In this document: piece by piece, positions 18,888 through 28,134 of the stretch
Layout of the letters: each line of letters begins with the position of its first letter
Position numbering within the stretch: the first letter of the stretch is position 1
DNA from: Deltaproteobacteria bacterium
Lineage (GTDB): Bacteria > Myxococcota_A > Polyangia > Fen-1088
DNA: 64,000 nucleotides
Direction of reading: 5' to 3'
Assembly (NCBI GenBank): GCA_016935975.1
Contig: JAFGPX010000084.1
Coordinates: 174 to 64,173 of the forward strand
The notes under the pieces: model-generated
What the model saw: only the letters and a program-made list of their open reading frames with translations
What the model was told of the DNA's origin: nothing
The model's database searches: none
Made by a program: the position numbers and the translations under genes

Positions 18888-20060
18888 ATGCTCCCGGGCA
18901 GTGCCCTCTTGGTTGCGTTCCTGTCGCCCCTCGTCTTGGGCGCGGCCGCAAGCTCGTCTCCCGCGCCGATCACGAGCGTCCGTCTCGATGTGCGGGCCGC
19001 GCCCGGCTGCACCTCGCGCGGCGATCTGGTGACACGCGTCACCTCGCGCTCCTCGCGTATCCGGTTCGTCGACGACGGCGCGTTCGTGGCGCAGGCGACA
19101 TTTGCAGCACCACGGCCCGGAAGCGTCACCGCGGAGATCACGCTGACCGCCGCCAACCGCAAGCCGTCGCGGCGCAGAGTCGTCGCCCGTTCCTGCGCCG
19201 AAGCGGCCGACGCCATCGCCCTCATCATCGCCGTCACCCTGGATCCGACGTTGCCACGGAACGCCGTGGCCAGGCCCAGCGACGACCAGGACACCGCTGC
19301 GGAGAGCGAAGCGGCTTGGCAAACGCCATCGCAGTCCGCAGAAGACATGGCGAGCCCCTTCGATTCCGCTCCCGCGCCCGGCCCGAAGCCGGCAGTCAAG
19401 CCAGTCAGGCAAGCGGTCGCCACGCCGGCAAAGGCCGCGACGGCTCTCGCCAAGCCCAGCGCGATAGCTCCTGCAAAGGCCGCCACGCCGGCTCCCCTGG
19501 AAACCGCGGCGCCGGAATCGCCCGCCACCTCCGCCCCGCCGCGACATGTCTTGAGCGCGCACGTGGCAGGGCAACTGCTGTTCGGCCCCGCTCCGAGCGT
19601 CATGCCCGGCGTCGCAGTCCAGATAATGGCCGGAATGGATCGCGAAGGCCTGTGGTCACCGGCAATCTTCCTCGGCGCGACACACGTGTGGCGAGCGGGC
19701 CTGCGCGAGACGGGCGGGACTGCGTCCTTCACGCTCGATGCGGGAAGTCTCGACGCATGTCCGCTGCGCGCGCGTCTGTCTTTCCTCGAGGCGCGCCCGT
19801 GCGCGTCCGTGGTGGTTGGCCGGCTCGTCGCGGGCGGCGATGACACCGACGATCCCGCAACCGTGTCGCGCCCCTTCGCGTCCGCCGGCGGCGCTGCCAT
19901 CCTGACCGCCGGCCTGGGCGCCATCGTCGAACTGCACCTGCGCCTCGCCGCGGGCGTGACGCTGGTACGCGACTCGTTCGAATTCAGCCCGATCGTCTTC
20001 CACCGCGCCGGGCTCTTCACGACCTCGGCCAGCCTGGGCGCGGGCGCACGTTGGCCTTGA
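18888..20060 (+). CDS. Exported protein with N-terminal Cys-pair domain, Pro/Ala linker and probable C-terminal beta-barrel
   Basis: Signal peptide; PGCTSR..ARSCAEAADAIALII; alternating hydrophobic strands ending LGAGARWP. Confidence 0.6.
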   Translation: MLPGSALLVAFLSPLVLGAAASSSPAPITSVRLDVRAAPGCTSRGDLVTRVTSRSSRIRFVDDGAFVAQATFAAPRPGSVTAEITLTAANRKPSRRRVVARSCAEAADAIALIIAVTLDPTLPRNAVARPSDDQDTAAESEAAWQTPSQSAEDMASPFDSAPAPGPKPAVKPVRQAVATPAKAATALAKPSAIAPAKAATPAPLETAAPESPATSAPPRHVLSAHVAGQLLFGPAPSVMPGVAVQIMAGMDREGLWSPAIFLGATHVWRAGLRETGGTASFTLDAGSLDACPLRARLSFLEARPCASVVVGRLVAGGDDTDDPATVSRPFASAGGAAILTAGLGAIVELHLRLAAGVTLVRDSFEFSPIVFHRAGLFTTSASLGAGARWP

Positions 20061-20097
20061 CCGACCGGGCCCTGGCCGCGGCACCACAGAGCGACGG

Positions 20098-20841
20098 CTA
20101 CGGCCGCACGAGACCGGCGATCCGCGACACCCTATCGGCCAACACGGTTCCGCGGTGATCCGCCACGAATCGCTCGGCCAGCCTCCGCGCCTCGGCATTT
20201 CGCCCGAGCTTGACCAGTGCCTCGACCTTGAGCGCCGCCGCTTCGGGAAGGAAGCTGCCGGCGGGGTACCTTTCCTGATAGCGGCGCAGGAGATCCAACG
20301 CGCGCCCGCTGCTGCCATCTGCAATCGCCACACGCGCGGCATCCAGTAGCGCGATCTGTTCTCGCAAGACGCCGACGGCCGGGGCAACGCGGCCTCGCGG
20401 GGCCGGGACGGACGCGCCCGCGGACGGCTCGGCCGCCCGGACATTCCCCTGCGCCGGCGAGCCGGGCAGCGGTGGTGCCACGGCTGGCGCCATCGTCTGG
20501 GAAGCGGCCGGACGTGGCTCCGTGGGCGAATCCTTCCAGGACTGGACGCCGATGATCGTCCCGGCGACGGCCAAGCCGAGCACGCCGGCAGCAATCCACG
20601 GCCACACGGCCGTCGCGCCCACGCCCGCGGTCGCCTTGGACGCCACCGCCTCGGCGGCCAGCTCTTTCGCGACGGCCGCGACTCCGAGCGCGGCAGCAGA
20701 CGCGCCGATGGCCTGGGCCATACGCGCGGACATCTCGGGTGACGGCCGTTCATTCGCTGCAGCCCCGAGCAGCCGCCGTTCGAAGTCGGTCGCGCCTTCT
20801 GCGAGCAACGGTTCTGGCAGATCGTCAAGTGGGCGGTTCAT
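20098..20841 (-). CDS. Putative anti-sigma factor (single TM, periplasmic TPR-like domain)
   Basis: Overlaps the sigma stop by ATGA; TM WPWIAAGVLGLAVAGTIIGV; C-terminal helical repeat ALDLLRRYQERYPAGSFLPEA. Confidence 0.7.
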   Translation of the reverse strand: MNRPLDDLPEPLLAEGATDFERRLLGAAANERPSPEMSARMAQAIGASAAALGVAAVAKELAAEAVASKATAGVGATAVWPWIAAGVLGLAVAGTIIGVQSWKDSPTEPRPAASQTMAPAVAPPLPGSPAQGNVRAAEPSAGASVPAPRGRVAPAVGVLREQIALLDAARVAIADGSSGRALDLLRRYQERYPAGSFLPEAAALKVEALVKLGRNAEARRLAERFVADHRGTVLADRVSRIAGLVRP

Positions 20842-21404
20842 GCCTCCCCTTCCTTCCGCAGACTTCTTTCGATGCGTGCCGCTGCGGCACGGAATTGCTC
20901 GCGCGCGCGGCGCAGTCGAGACGCCACACTGCCAAGTGGGATCTCGAGCAGCGCCGCGATCTCCGGCGAAGACAGGCCCTCTAGCTCATAGAGGACGAAT
21001 ACCTCTGCCAACTCGGGGTTCACCCGGGCCAGCGCCAGGTCGCAAAGCTGGATGTCGGCCCGCCGTTCATCCGCGTCACGGAGGCCGGACAGGCGTTTGT
21101 CCATGTCTTCGTCCAGCTCCCAGCGCACGACCTTGCGGCTGAGCGTGTGCGCCATGCGCAGCGCGGTTTGGATCAGAAAGGCGCGTTCGCTTTCCGGGCG
21201 AATGTCGGGCAATCGACCGGCGGCGAGTAGAAACGTCTCCTGCGTCGCATCCGCGGCGGCATCGGGAGCCAAGCCGCGGCGACGCAACGCGCGCCAAACG
21301 ATCGCGTGGTGGTCATTGAACATCCGCTCCAAACGGGTTCGGTCCACCAACCTTGGATCGAGTGGTGGCTCCTCAGGGGATGCCGTTTTCAGGCTATGAA
21401 CCAT
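20838..21404 (-). CDS. ECF RNA polymerase sigma factor
   Basis: Region 2 VWRALRRRG..AADATQETFL; region 4 VFVLYELEGLSSPEIAALLEIPLGSVASRLRRAR; about 188 aa. Confidence 0.93.
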   Translation of the reverse strand: MVHSLKTASPEEPPLDPRLVDRTRLERMFNDHHAIVWRALRRRGLAPDAAADATQETFLLAAGRLPDIRPESERAFLIQTALRMAHTLSRKVVRWELDEDMDKRLSGLRDADERRADIQLCDLALARVNPELAEVFVLYELEGLSSPEIAALLEIPLGSVASRLRRAREQFRAAAARIERSLRKEGEA

Positions 21405-21437
21405 CCGCCTGTCCCGAGAATGACTCTGCATAACGAT

Positions 21438-21464
21438 ATGCGTGCAGTTCGCTCGTTCGATCAC
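21438..21464 (-). promoter_or_regulatory. Predicted ECF autoregulatory promoter GTGATCGA-N15-GCAT (copy 4)
   Basis: gtgatcga acgagcgaactgcac gcat, about 34 nt upstream of the sigma ATG. Confidence 0.72.
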
Positions 21465-21542
21465 CAAAAGCATAGCACTGCTAGAGCTGCTCGCGCCAAG
21501 TGCGGCTAGGCGTTGCAGGTTTGGGTCGTCCGAACCTCGTCT

Positions 21543-21555
21543 CGTAACGGTTACG
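21543..21555. promoter_or_regulatory. Palindrome CGTAAC-G-GTTACG, possible repressor operator upstream of the CE15-GH2 cluster
   Basis: AT-richer inverted repeat in the divergent intergenic region; only one copy seen. Confidence 0.3.
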
Positions 21556-21702
21556 TCACGGTTCGAGAACCGTGGCGGGCTGGACTCCCAAGGCAGTCGC
21601 GAGCATTGCTCGACAGTATGGGTAGTTCGCAGTTCGCGGGAAGTTCGTGGCCTGGCTCGGGCGGCCGGCTCTTCCGTGATCGCTCGTGAATCGGGAGTCA
21701 GC

Positions 21703-23403
21703 ATGGCAAATACACTGCTTCGTTCATTGATGGTCATTGGTCTAGGCGCCCTCCTTGTCTCATCGTGTTCAAATGGCGCGTCCACCCAAGAGATCACAGG
21801 GGGCGCGACGGGCGCGGGCGGTATCTCGGGCGGAGCGGGCGCCGATTCTGGTGGCACCAGCGGCTCGGCCGGGTCTGGCGGCTCGGCCACCACCGGTGGT
21901 GCGTCGGGGAGCGGCGGAACCAGCGCGAGCGGCGGCGCGTCCAGCAGCGGCGGGTCGGCCGGGAGCGGCGGTGCCGGTGTAGCCGGCGGCTCCTCGGGCC
22001 AGGGCGGCGCGTCCGGCACTGGCGGCGTTCGCCCAAGCGGCGGCGCGTCCGCAAGAGGCGGCGCGTCCGACGCAGGTGGCGCTCGGCCTAGTGGCGGCGC
22101 GTCCGGCAGAGGCGGCGCAACCGGCACCGGCGGCGGCCAGCCGGCAGGTGGCTCGGTCGGCGCAGGCGGCACCAATGTGGGAGACGCCGGAACGGGAGGG
22201 GGCACCGGTGACGGCGGCGCCGACGGCGGCTCGATCGGCAGAGGTGGCTCGACCGGCGCGGGCGGGGACATGCCCCTGGTCTATGACGTGGAGAACACCG
22301 GCGCCGACTGCCAAGTACCGACAAGCTTTCCGGCGTTCAGCGCGCTCAAGGCCGTCGCGAACCTGCCCGATCCATTCTTGATGGAAAGCGGCACACGCAT
22401 CTCCAGCCGCAGCGAATGGGCCTGTCGGCGCGCCGAGATCAGCGCCCAAATCCAACACTGGGAGCTCGGGACGAAGCCAGCCCCTCCGGCTGACAGCGAC
22501 GTTACGGCCACCTACTCGGGTGGCAAGCTCACGGTAGTCGTCAAGGTGGGCTCGCAGTCGGTCACGCTGACCAGCACCATCACCACGCCCAGCGGCACCG
22601 GCCCCTTCCCGGTCATGATCAAGATGGACGGGGCCGGGGTTCCGGTTTCCGGAATCGCGACCATGAGCTTCACCAGCTCCGCGCTGGCGGCCCAGATGCC
22701 CACCCGGGGCACGGGAACGTTCTGGAACCTCTTCCCGGACAAGACCGCGGGCGCGTACGCCGGCTGGTCGTGGGGCGTCAGCCGCCTCATCGACGGCCTT
22801 TTCGAGACAGCCGACCAGAACAAGATCGACGTGAAGCGTATCGGGGTGACCGGATGCTCGTACGCGGGCAAGATGGCGCTCTACGCCGGGGCCTTCGACG
22901 AGCGCATTGCGCTTACCATCCCCGAAGAGTCCGGCGGCGGCGGGGAGGCGGCCTGGCGCGTGTCATCGACGCTGAAGGATGCGGAAGACCTGGATCACGC
23001 TCAGGGCACGGGCTGGTATTCCGCGAATCTGAACCAATTCAAGAACGCGGATGCTCCGAAGCTGCCCTTCGACCAGCACGAGCTTGCGGCCATGGTGGCG
23101 CCCAGGGCACTCCTGACGATTGGCAACAACGGCATTTCCTATCTGGCAAGCGAGGCTGGCTACGTTTCGATGAAGGCTGCCACCGAGGTCTACAAGGCGC
23201 TCGGGGTCCCAGACAGGATCGGCTACTCCATAAACGGCAACAACGGCCACTGTGCATTCCCGTCCTCCCAGGCGCCGGACGTACAGGCTTTCGTAGACAA
23301 GTTCCTCCTTGGAAAGACCGCAAATACGGCCGTCGCAAAGAGCCCCACGTACAGCAGTGACCTGAAGAAATGGATTAGCTGGGACACGCCGACTCTCAAG
23401 TAG
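21703..23403 (+). CDS. CE15 glucuronoyl esterase lipoprotein with Gly-rich linker
   Basis: Lipobox LVSSC, LPDPF, WACRRAEI, WSWGVSRLID, GVTGCSYAGK, AFDERIALT, ESGGGG, LPFDQHEL, GHCAFP. Confidence 0.9.
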   Translation: MANTLLRSLMVIGLGALLVSSCSNGASTQEITGGATGAGGISGGAGADSGGTSGSAGSGGSATTGGASGSGGTSASGGASSSGGSAGSGGAGVAGGSSGQGGASGTGGVRPSGGASARGGASDAGGARPSGGASGRGGATGTGGGQPAGGSVGAGGTNVGDAGTGGGTGDGGADGGSIGRGGSTGAGGDMPLVYDVENTGADCQVPTSFPAFSALKAVANLPDPFLMESGTRISSRSEWACRRAEISAQIQHWELGTKPAPPADSDVTATYSGGKLTVVVKVGSQSVTLTSTITTPSGTGPFPVMIKMDGAGVPVSGIATMSFTSSALAAQMPTRGTGTFWNLFPDKTAGAYAGWSWGVSRLIDGLFETADQNKIDVKRIGVTGCSYAGKMALYAGAFDERIALTIPEESGGGGEAAWRVSSTLKDAEDLDHAQGTGWYSANLNQFKNADAPKLPFDQHELAAMVAPRALLTIGNNGISYLASEAGYVSMKAATEVYKALGVPDRIGYSINGNNGHCAFPSSQAPDVQAFVDKFLLGKTANTAVAKSPTYSSDLKKWISWDTPTLK

Positions 23404-23464
23404 CTCGCCGCCCGCGAGATGCGCGCGCGAGCTGAACGATGACAACAGAACGACCTAAGGACGA

Positions 23465-26350
23465 ATGCCAATGAAGAAGCAAGTCATTCGAGCGGGGCTT
23501 CGCTTGTCGCTTTCAATCGCGGTGCTACTGGCGGGCTGCGGCCAGGAGAGTCCGGCAGGTAGTAGCACCGGCGTCGGTGGAGGCCGGGGCGGCAGCGGCG
23601 GGGCAGCGGGTTCGGGCGGTGGCGGTCCGAGCGCCGGTGGAAGTGCGGGTAGCGGCAGCACGAGCAACTCCGGCGGCGCGGGCCAAGGAGGAGCCACGAC
23701 CAGCAGTGGCTCTGGCGGCACGGGGCAAGGCGGCGGTACGACGAGCGCCGGTGGGGGGCCAGACTCGGGCGGCGCGAGTGCGCGTGGAGGGGCCACGGCT
23801 CGGGGTGGGGCTGGCGGTGGCGGTGCGTCGGGACGGGGAGGCAGCGGCGGCGCGGGCGGCCGAAGCGGTAGTGGCGGAAGCGGTAGCGGCGGGAGCGGCG
23901 CCGGTGGTGCGCAGGGCGGTGCCGGCGGCGCCAGCAGCGCCGGCGGCACGAGCGGGCGCGACGCCTCGCCCGACGGGGCCACCCCGCCGCCGAGCGCGCT
24001 CGGGGCGCGGGCCTACAACGGCCGGCGCGGCGAGGAATTCAACGCCGGCTGGAAGTTCAACCGGGGCGACGTCTCGGGTGCCGAGGCGACATCCTTCAAC
24101 GACTCCTCGTGGAAGTCGCTCGACGTGCCCCACGACTGGAGCATCGAGCTGGCCTTCAACTCGAGCTCGCCCGCGGGCTCGGGCGGCGGCTTCCTGGATG
24201 GCGGCGTCGGCTGGTATCGAAAGAGGTTCACCCTCGATTCGGGGGCCGCGGGCCAGCGCATCTTCTTGGCCTTCGACGGCGTGTACATGAACAGCCAGGT
24301 TTGGCTCAACGGCTCGCCGCTGGGCACCCGCCCGTACGGCTATTCCACCTTCGAGTACGAAATCACCGACAAGGTGAAGACCGACGGCAGCGAGAACGTC
24401 GTCGCGGTCAAGGTCAACAACAACCAACCCAATACCCGCTGGTACTCGGGCAGCGGCATCTACCGCAACGTCTGGCTGACCAAGCTCAATCCCGTTCACA
24501 TCCCGCAGAGCGGCGTGTTCGTGACCACGCCCACGGTCAGCGGATCGTCGGCAACGGTTGCGGTCGCCACCGAGGTCCAGAACCAGTCGAGCGCCGGCGC
24601 TTCGGTGACCGCGACCACGACCATCTTGGCCGACGACGGCAGCCCGGTGACCTCCAACGACAGCTCGGCCAGCAGCGTCGCGGCCGGGGGCAAGGCCACG
24701 ATTCAACAGAGCCTGACCGTCAGCTCGCCGCAGCGCTGGTCGCCAAGCTCGCCCTATCTGTATCAGGTCAAGGTCGAGCTGAAGGTGGATGGCGCCACGG
24801 TCGATACCTACCTCGCGCCGCTCGGGATTCGCAACTTCGCGTTCAGCGGCAGCAGCGGGTTCTCCCTCAACGGCCAGAACATGAAGCTGCGCGGAGTGTG
24901 CCTGCACCACGACCTCGGCGCCCTGGGCGCCGCCATCAACTACCGGGCCATCGAGCGCCAGGTGGACATCATGAAGAAGATGGGTGTGAATGCCATTCGC
25001 ACGTCGCATAACCCGCCCGCTCCCGAGTTCCTCGAGATCGCCGACCGGATCGGCATCATGGTGATGGACGAGGCCTTCGACACCTGGACGCAGACCAAGA
25101 ACGCGAACGACTACGGGAAGTACTTCAACACGTGGGCGCAGCAGGACATCCAGGACATGGTCAAGCGGGATCGCAACCATCCCAGCATCATCATGTACAG
25201 CATCGGCAACGAGGTCGGCGGCGCCACCACGGCCACCGCGCAGAAGCTCAAGGATTGGGTCCTGGCCCTGGACAAGACACGCGCGATAACCTGGGCCTCG
25301 AACAAGATGGGCGGCCCGCACGTCTCGGAGGGCGACGACCGCAACGTCGCCAAGCTGCTGGACGTGGTGGGCTACAACTACGCGCCCTACGCCGGCGACT
25401 ACGACGCAGACCATTCCGCCAACCCGAACTGGGTCATCCTCGGTAGCGAGACCGTCTCGGCCTTCAGCAGTCGCGGCATCTACCACACGCCGGCCAACCA
25501 GATCAGGTACTCGAACGACGGCACTTCCGACAAACAGTGCTCGTCCTACGACAACGAGACGGCCAGGTACGGACAGACGGCCCACGAGTCGTATACCTAC
25601 GACAACAGCCGCTCGTACGTCGCCGGATCCTTCGTTTGGACGGGCTTCGACTACATCGGCGAGCCGACGCCCAACGGCTGGCCGGCCAAGAGCTCGTACT
25701 ACGGCATCGTGGACACGGCGGGATTCCCCAAGGACATCTACTACTTCTACCAGAGCCGCTGGACCAGCACGCCGACGATGGTGCACCTTCTGCCGCACTG
25801 GAACTGGTCGAGCGGCACCAACGTCACGGTCTTCGCCTATGGCAACTGCGACAGCGTCGAGCTGTTCCTCAACGACAAGTCGCAGGGGTCGAAGACCCTG
25901 AGCGGCGGGGCGTTGCACTTCGAATGGAGCGTGCCCTGGGCGTCGGGGACGCTGCGGGCCGAATGCAAGAAGGGCGGTACCATCGCCGCCACCGACGAGG
26001 TCAAGACCGCCGGCAGCGCGGCCAGGGTGGCCCTAACCCCGGATCGAAGCACCATTCGCGCCGACGGCAAGGACATGGTCTTCATCACCGCCGATATCCT
26101 GGACGGCAGCGGGGTCCTCGTGCCCAACGGCAACAACTCGATCACGTTCTCGGTCACCGGCTCCGGCCAATTGGTGGGCGTCGACAACGGAGACGCCACC
26201 GACACCTCGTCGTACAAGGGCGGAAGCCGCAAGGCCTTCAGCGGCAAGGCCCTGGCCATGGTGCGCTCGACCAAGACCGCGGGCGCCATCACCATCAAGG
26301 CGACCTCCAGCGGGCTGTCCTCCGACCCCATCACGGTGACGGCCCAGTAG
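23465..26350 (+). CDS. GH2 beta-galactosidase lipoprotein with Gly-rich linker
   Basis: Lipobox LAGC, VPHDWSIE, FDGVYMNS, RWYSGSGIYRNV, GVCLHHDLG, IRTSHNPP, RDRNHPS, SIGNE, WTGFDYIGEPTP. Confidence 0.95.
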   Translation: MPMKKQVIRAGLRLSLSIAVLLAGCGQESPAGSSTGVGGGRGGSGGAAGSGGGGPSAGGSAGSGSTSNSGGAGQGGATTSSGSGGTGQGGGTTSAGGGPDSGGASARGGATARGGAGGGGASGRGGSGGAGGRSGSGGSGSGGSGAGGAQGGAGGASSAGGTSGRDASPDGATPPPSALGARAYNGRRGEEFNAGWKFNRGDVSGAEATSFNDSSWKSLDVPHDWSIELAFNSSSPAGSGGGFLDGGVGWYRKRFTLDSGAAGQRIFLAFDGVYMNSQVWLNGSPLGTRPYGYSTFEYEITDKVKTDGSENVVAVKVNNNQPNTRWYSGSGIYRNVWLTKLNPVHIPQSGVFVTTPTVSGSSATVAVATEVQNQSSAGASVTATTTILADDGSPVTSNDSSASSVAAGGKATIQQSLTVSSPQRWSPSSPYLYQVKVELKVDGATVDTYLAPLGIRNFAFSGSSGFSLNGQNMKLRGVCLHHDLGALGAAINYRAIERQVDIMKKMGVNAIRTSHNPPAPEFLEIADRIGIMVMDEAFDTWTQTKNANDYGKYFNTWAQQDIQDMVKRDRNHPSIIMYSIGNEVGGATTATAQKLKDWVLALDKTRAITWASNKMGGPHVSEGDDRNVAKLLDVVGYNYAPYAGDYDADHSANPNWVILGSETVSAFSSRGIYHTPANQIRYSNDGTSDKQCSSYDNETARYGQTAHESYTYDNSRSYVAGSFVWTGFDYIGEPTPNGWPAKSSYYGIVDTAGFPKDIYYFYQSRWTSTPTMVHLLPHWNWSSGTNVTVFAYGNCDSVELFLNDKSQGSKTLSGGALHFEWSVPWASGTLRAECKKGGTIAATDEVKTAGSAARVALTPDRSTIRADGKDMVFITADILDGSGVLVPNGNNSITFSVTGSGQLVGVDNGDATDTSSYKGGSRKAFSGKALAMVRSTKTAGAITIKATSSGLSSDPITVTAQ

Positions 26351-26359
26351 GAGGCGGCC

Positions 26360-28060
26360 ATGCCACGTTGGCTCGCTTTCCTAGCCCTGGCATTGCTCGG
26401 GTCGGTCAGGGTGGCGTCGGCCAAGAGCCTGATCGACTACTTCCAGCCCACACCCATCGTGAGCCCGCTCAGCTCGAGCACGTGGGGCGGCTCGGGCGTG
26501 CTCCCGCGCGACACGAGCAATGGCCTCGAGACGCCGGACAAGAAGTACTTCTACTGGGACGGGAAGATCCTCAAGGTCGACGGCAAGTACCACCTCCATT
26601 GCAGCCGCTGGCCCAAGAGCGCCGGCTTCAACCAATGGTCCACGTCCATCGCGGTCCACGCCACGAGCGACAACGTCTTGGGGCCTTACCTCGACCAGGG
26701 CCAGATCTACGATCGCAACGGCGGCAAGGGCCACAACGTGGCGACCCTGGCGCTGCCGGACGGCAGCTTCACGCTCTACACCAGCGACATCACGCCCGGC
26801 GACTTCTACACTGCCCCCGCCATCACCGGACCCTGGACCTTCAAGGGCTCGATCGAGATCAACAAGAACGGCTACGACATCCCCTGGCCGACCTCCAACA
26901 TCACGGTCATGGTTCGCCCGAACAACGGCGATTTCCTGGCCACGGAACGGAGCGGGTTCATCTATGTCGGCGGTAGCGAGCTGCTCGGCCCGTACGAGGT
27001 CAAAGGCCCTAGCGTCTGGCCGAACGTCTCCGGCCTGGACAACTCCAGGGCCGAAGACCCGGTCCTCTGGTACAGCGGAGGCTGCTACCACATCACGGTG
27101 AACTGGTGGGATTCCCGCGTTGCGCACCACCTCATGTCGAAGGATGGCGTGAGCGACTGGAAGGACATGGGCGTGGCCTACGATCCCCGGACGAGCTTCA
27201 TCCGCTACACCGACGGCACGGTCAACAAGTGGAACAACCTCGAGCGCCCCAACGTCGTCATCGAAAACGGCCACGTCACGCACTTCACCTTCGCGGCCAC
27301 GGACATCGACAAGAGCTCGATCACGGGAACCGACAACCACGGCAGCAAGATCCTCGTGGTCCCCTTCGACGGCGTGGCGTTCGATGCCGACAACGGTTGC
27401 GAAAGCGGCACGGGTGGGGCCGGCGGCGGTGGAGCGAGCGGTCGCGGCGGCTCGAGCGGCGCGGCTTCGTCCGGCGGCAGTGGCGGCTCGCCGCGAAGCG
27501 ACGCGGGTGCCACCGGCGGCACCGCAGGATCTCGCGACGGGGGACGAGGTGATGTCGGAAACGGATCGGGTGGCTCCTCTGCGACCGGGGGCAAAGCGGC
27601 GACGGGCGGGAAATCAGGCACCGGCGACACGCCCGCAACCGGTGGGGCAACGGCGACCGGCGGTCCGGCAGGAGCAGGTGGCGCATCGGGATCGGGCGGC
27701 GTGTCGCCCAGTGGCGGCAAGCTCGCAAGCGGAGGCGCGGCCGGCGCAGGCGGCGAGCCGGTCACTGGAGGTGCGACTTCCTCGGCCGGCGGAGTCCGCG
27801 GCGCCTCGAGCAGCGCGGGGCTGGGCAGTGGTGGCGCAACGACCTCGAGCGGCGCGAGCAGCTCGTCATCGAACGGTTGCTCGTGTGGGATGACGGCCGC
27901 GACCGGCAGCCGAGGCGCATGGCCGTGGCTGCTCCTCGGCTGGTTGCTCGGCCTTGGCGCGCGCCGCCCGCTGACCGGGGCTCGCTTGCTCCGAGGCCTG
28001 GCGAAAGCGGCAGGCAGCTCCGCGGCGGATGCACGACAGTCAGAGACTCATCGGCAGTAG
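26360..28060 (+). CDS. Glycoside hydrolase (GH43-like beta-propeller) with Gly linker and MYXO-CTERM-like anchor
   Basis: Signal peptide, YWDGKI, KGHN, AEDPVLW, LERPNV; C-terminal GCSC, then TM, then RR. Confidence 0.75.
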   Translation: MPRWLAFLALALLGSVRVASAKSLIDYFQPTPIVSPLSSSTWGGSGVLPRDTSNGLETPDKKYFYWDGKILKVDGKYHLHCSRWPKSAGFNQWSTSIAVHATSDNVLGPYLDQGQIYDRNGGKGHNVATLALPDGSFTLYTSDITPGDFYTAPAITGPWTFKGSIEINKNGYDIPWPTSNITVMVRPNNGDFLATERSGFIYVGGSELLGPYEVKGPSVWPNVSGLDNSRAEDPVLWYSGGCYHITVNWWDSRVAHHLMSKDGVSDWKDMGVAYDPRTSFIRYTDGTVNKWNNLERPNVVIENGHVTHFTFAATDIDKSSITGTDNHGSKILVVPFDGVAFDADNGCESGTGGAGGGGASGRGGSSGAASSGGSGGSPRSDAGATGGTAGSRDGGRGDVGNGSGGSSATGGKAATGGKSGTGDTPATGGATATGGPAGAGGASGSGGVSPSGGKLASGGAAGAGGEPVTGGATSSAGGVRGASSSAGLGSGGATTSSGASSSSSNGCSCGMTAATGSRGAWPWLLLGWLLGLGARRPLTGARLLRGLAKAAGSSAADARQSETHRQ

Positions 28061-28134
28061 TCTGGCGCCGCCCCGCGTAGCGCGAAGCCCCAGAGTGAGC
28101 CGCCGCGACGGCCAGTCACCACTTGACTTGCATC

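Noticed and set aside
21676-21704. GTGATCGC...GCAT upstream of CE15 as a fifth ECF promoter
   Set aside because: Mismatch in the -35, a 17-nt spacer, and GCAT overlaps the start codon
21405-22271. Pro-rich N-terminal extension of the ECF sigma (477-aa ORF)
   Set aside because: Antisense read of the CE15 Gly linker; the promoter motif at 21438-21464 supports the shorter start
23525-25918. Long antisense or alternate-frame ORFs (e.g. 23525-25918, 30246-32888, 39503-42166, 55229-57790)
   Set aside because: Shadow ORFs of well-supported genes in high-GC DNA, with no motifs of their own
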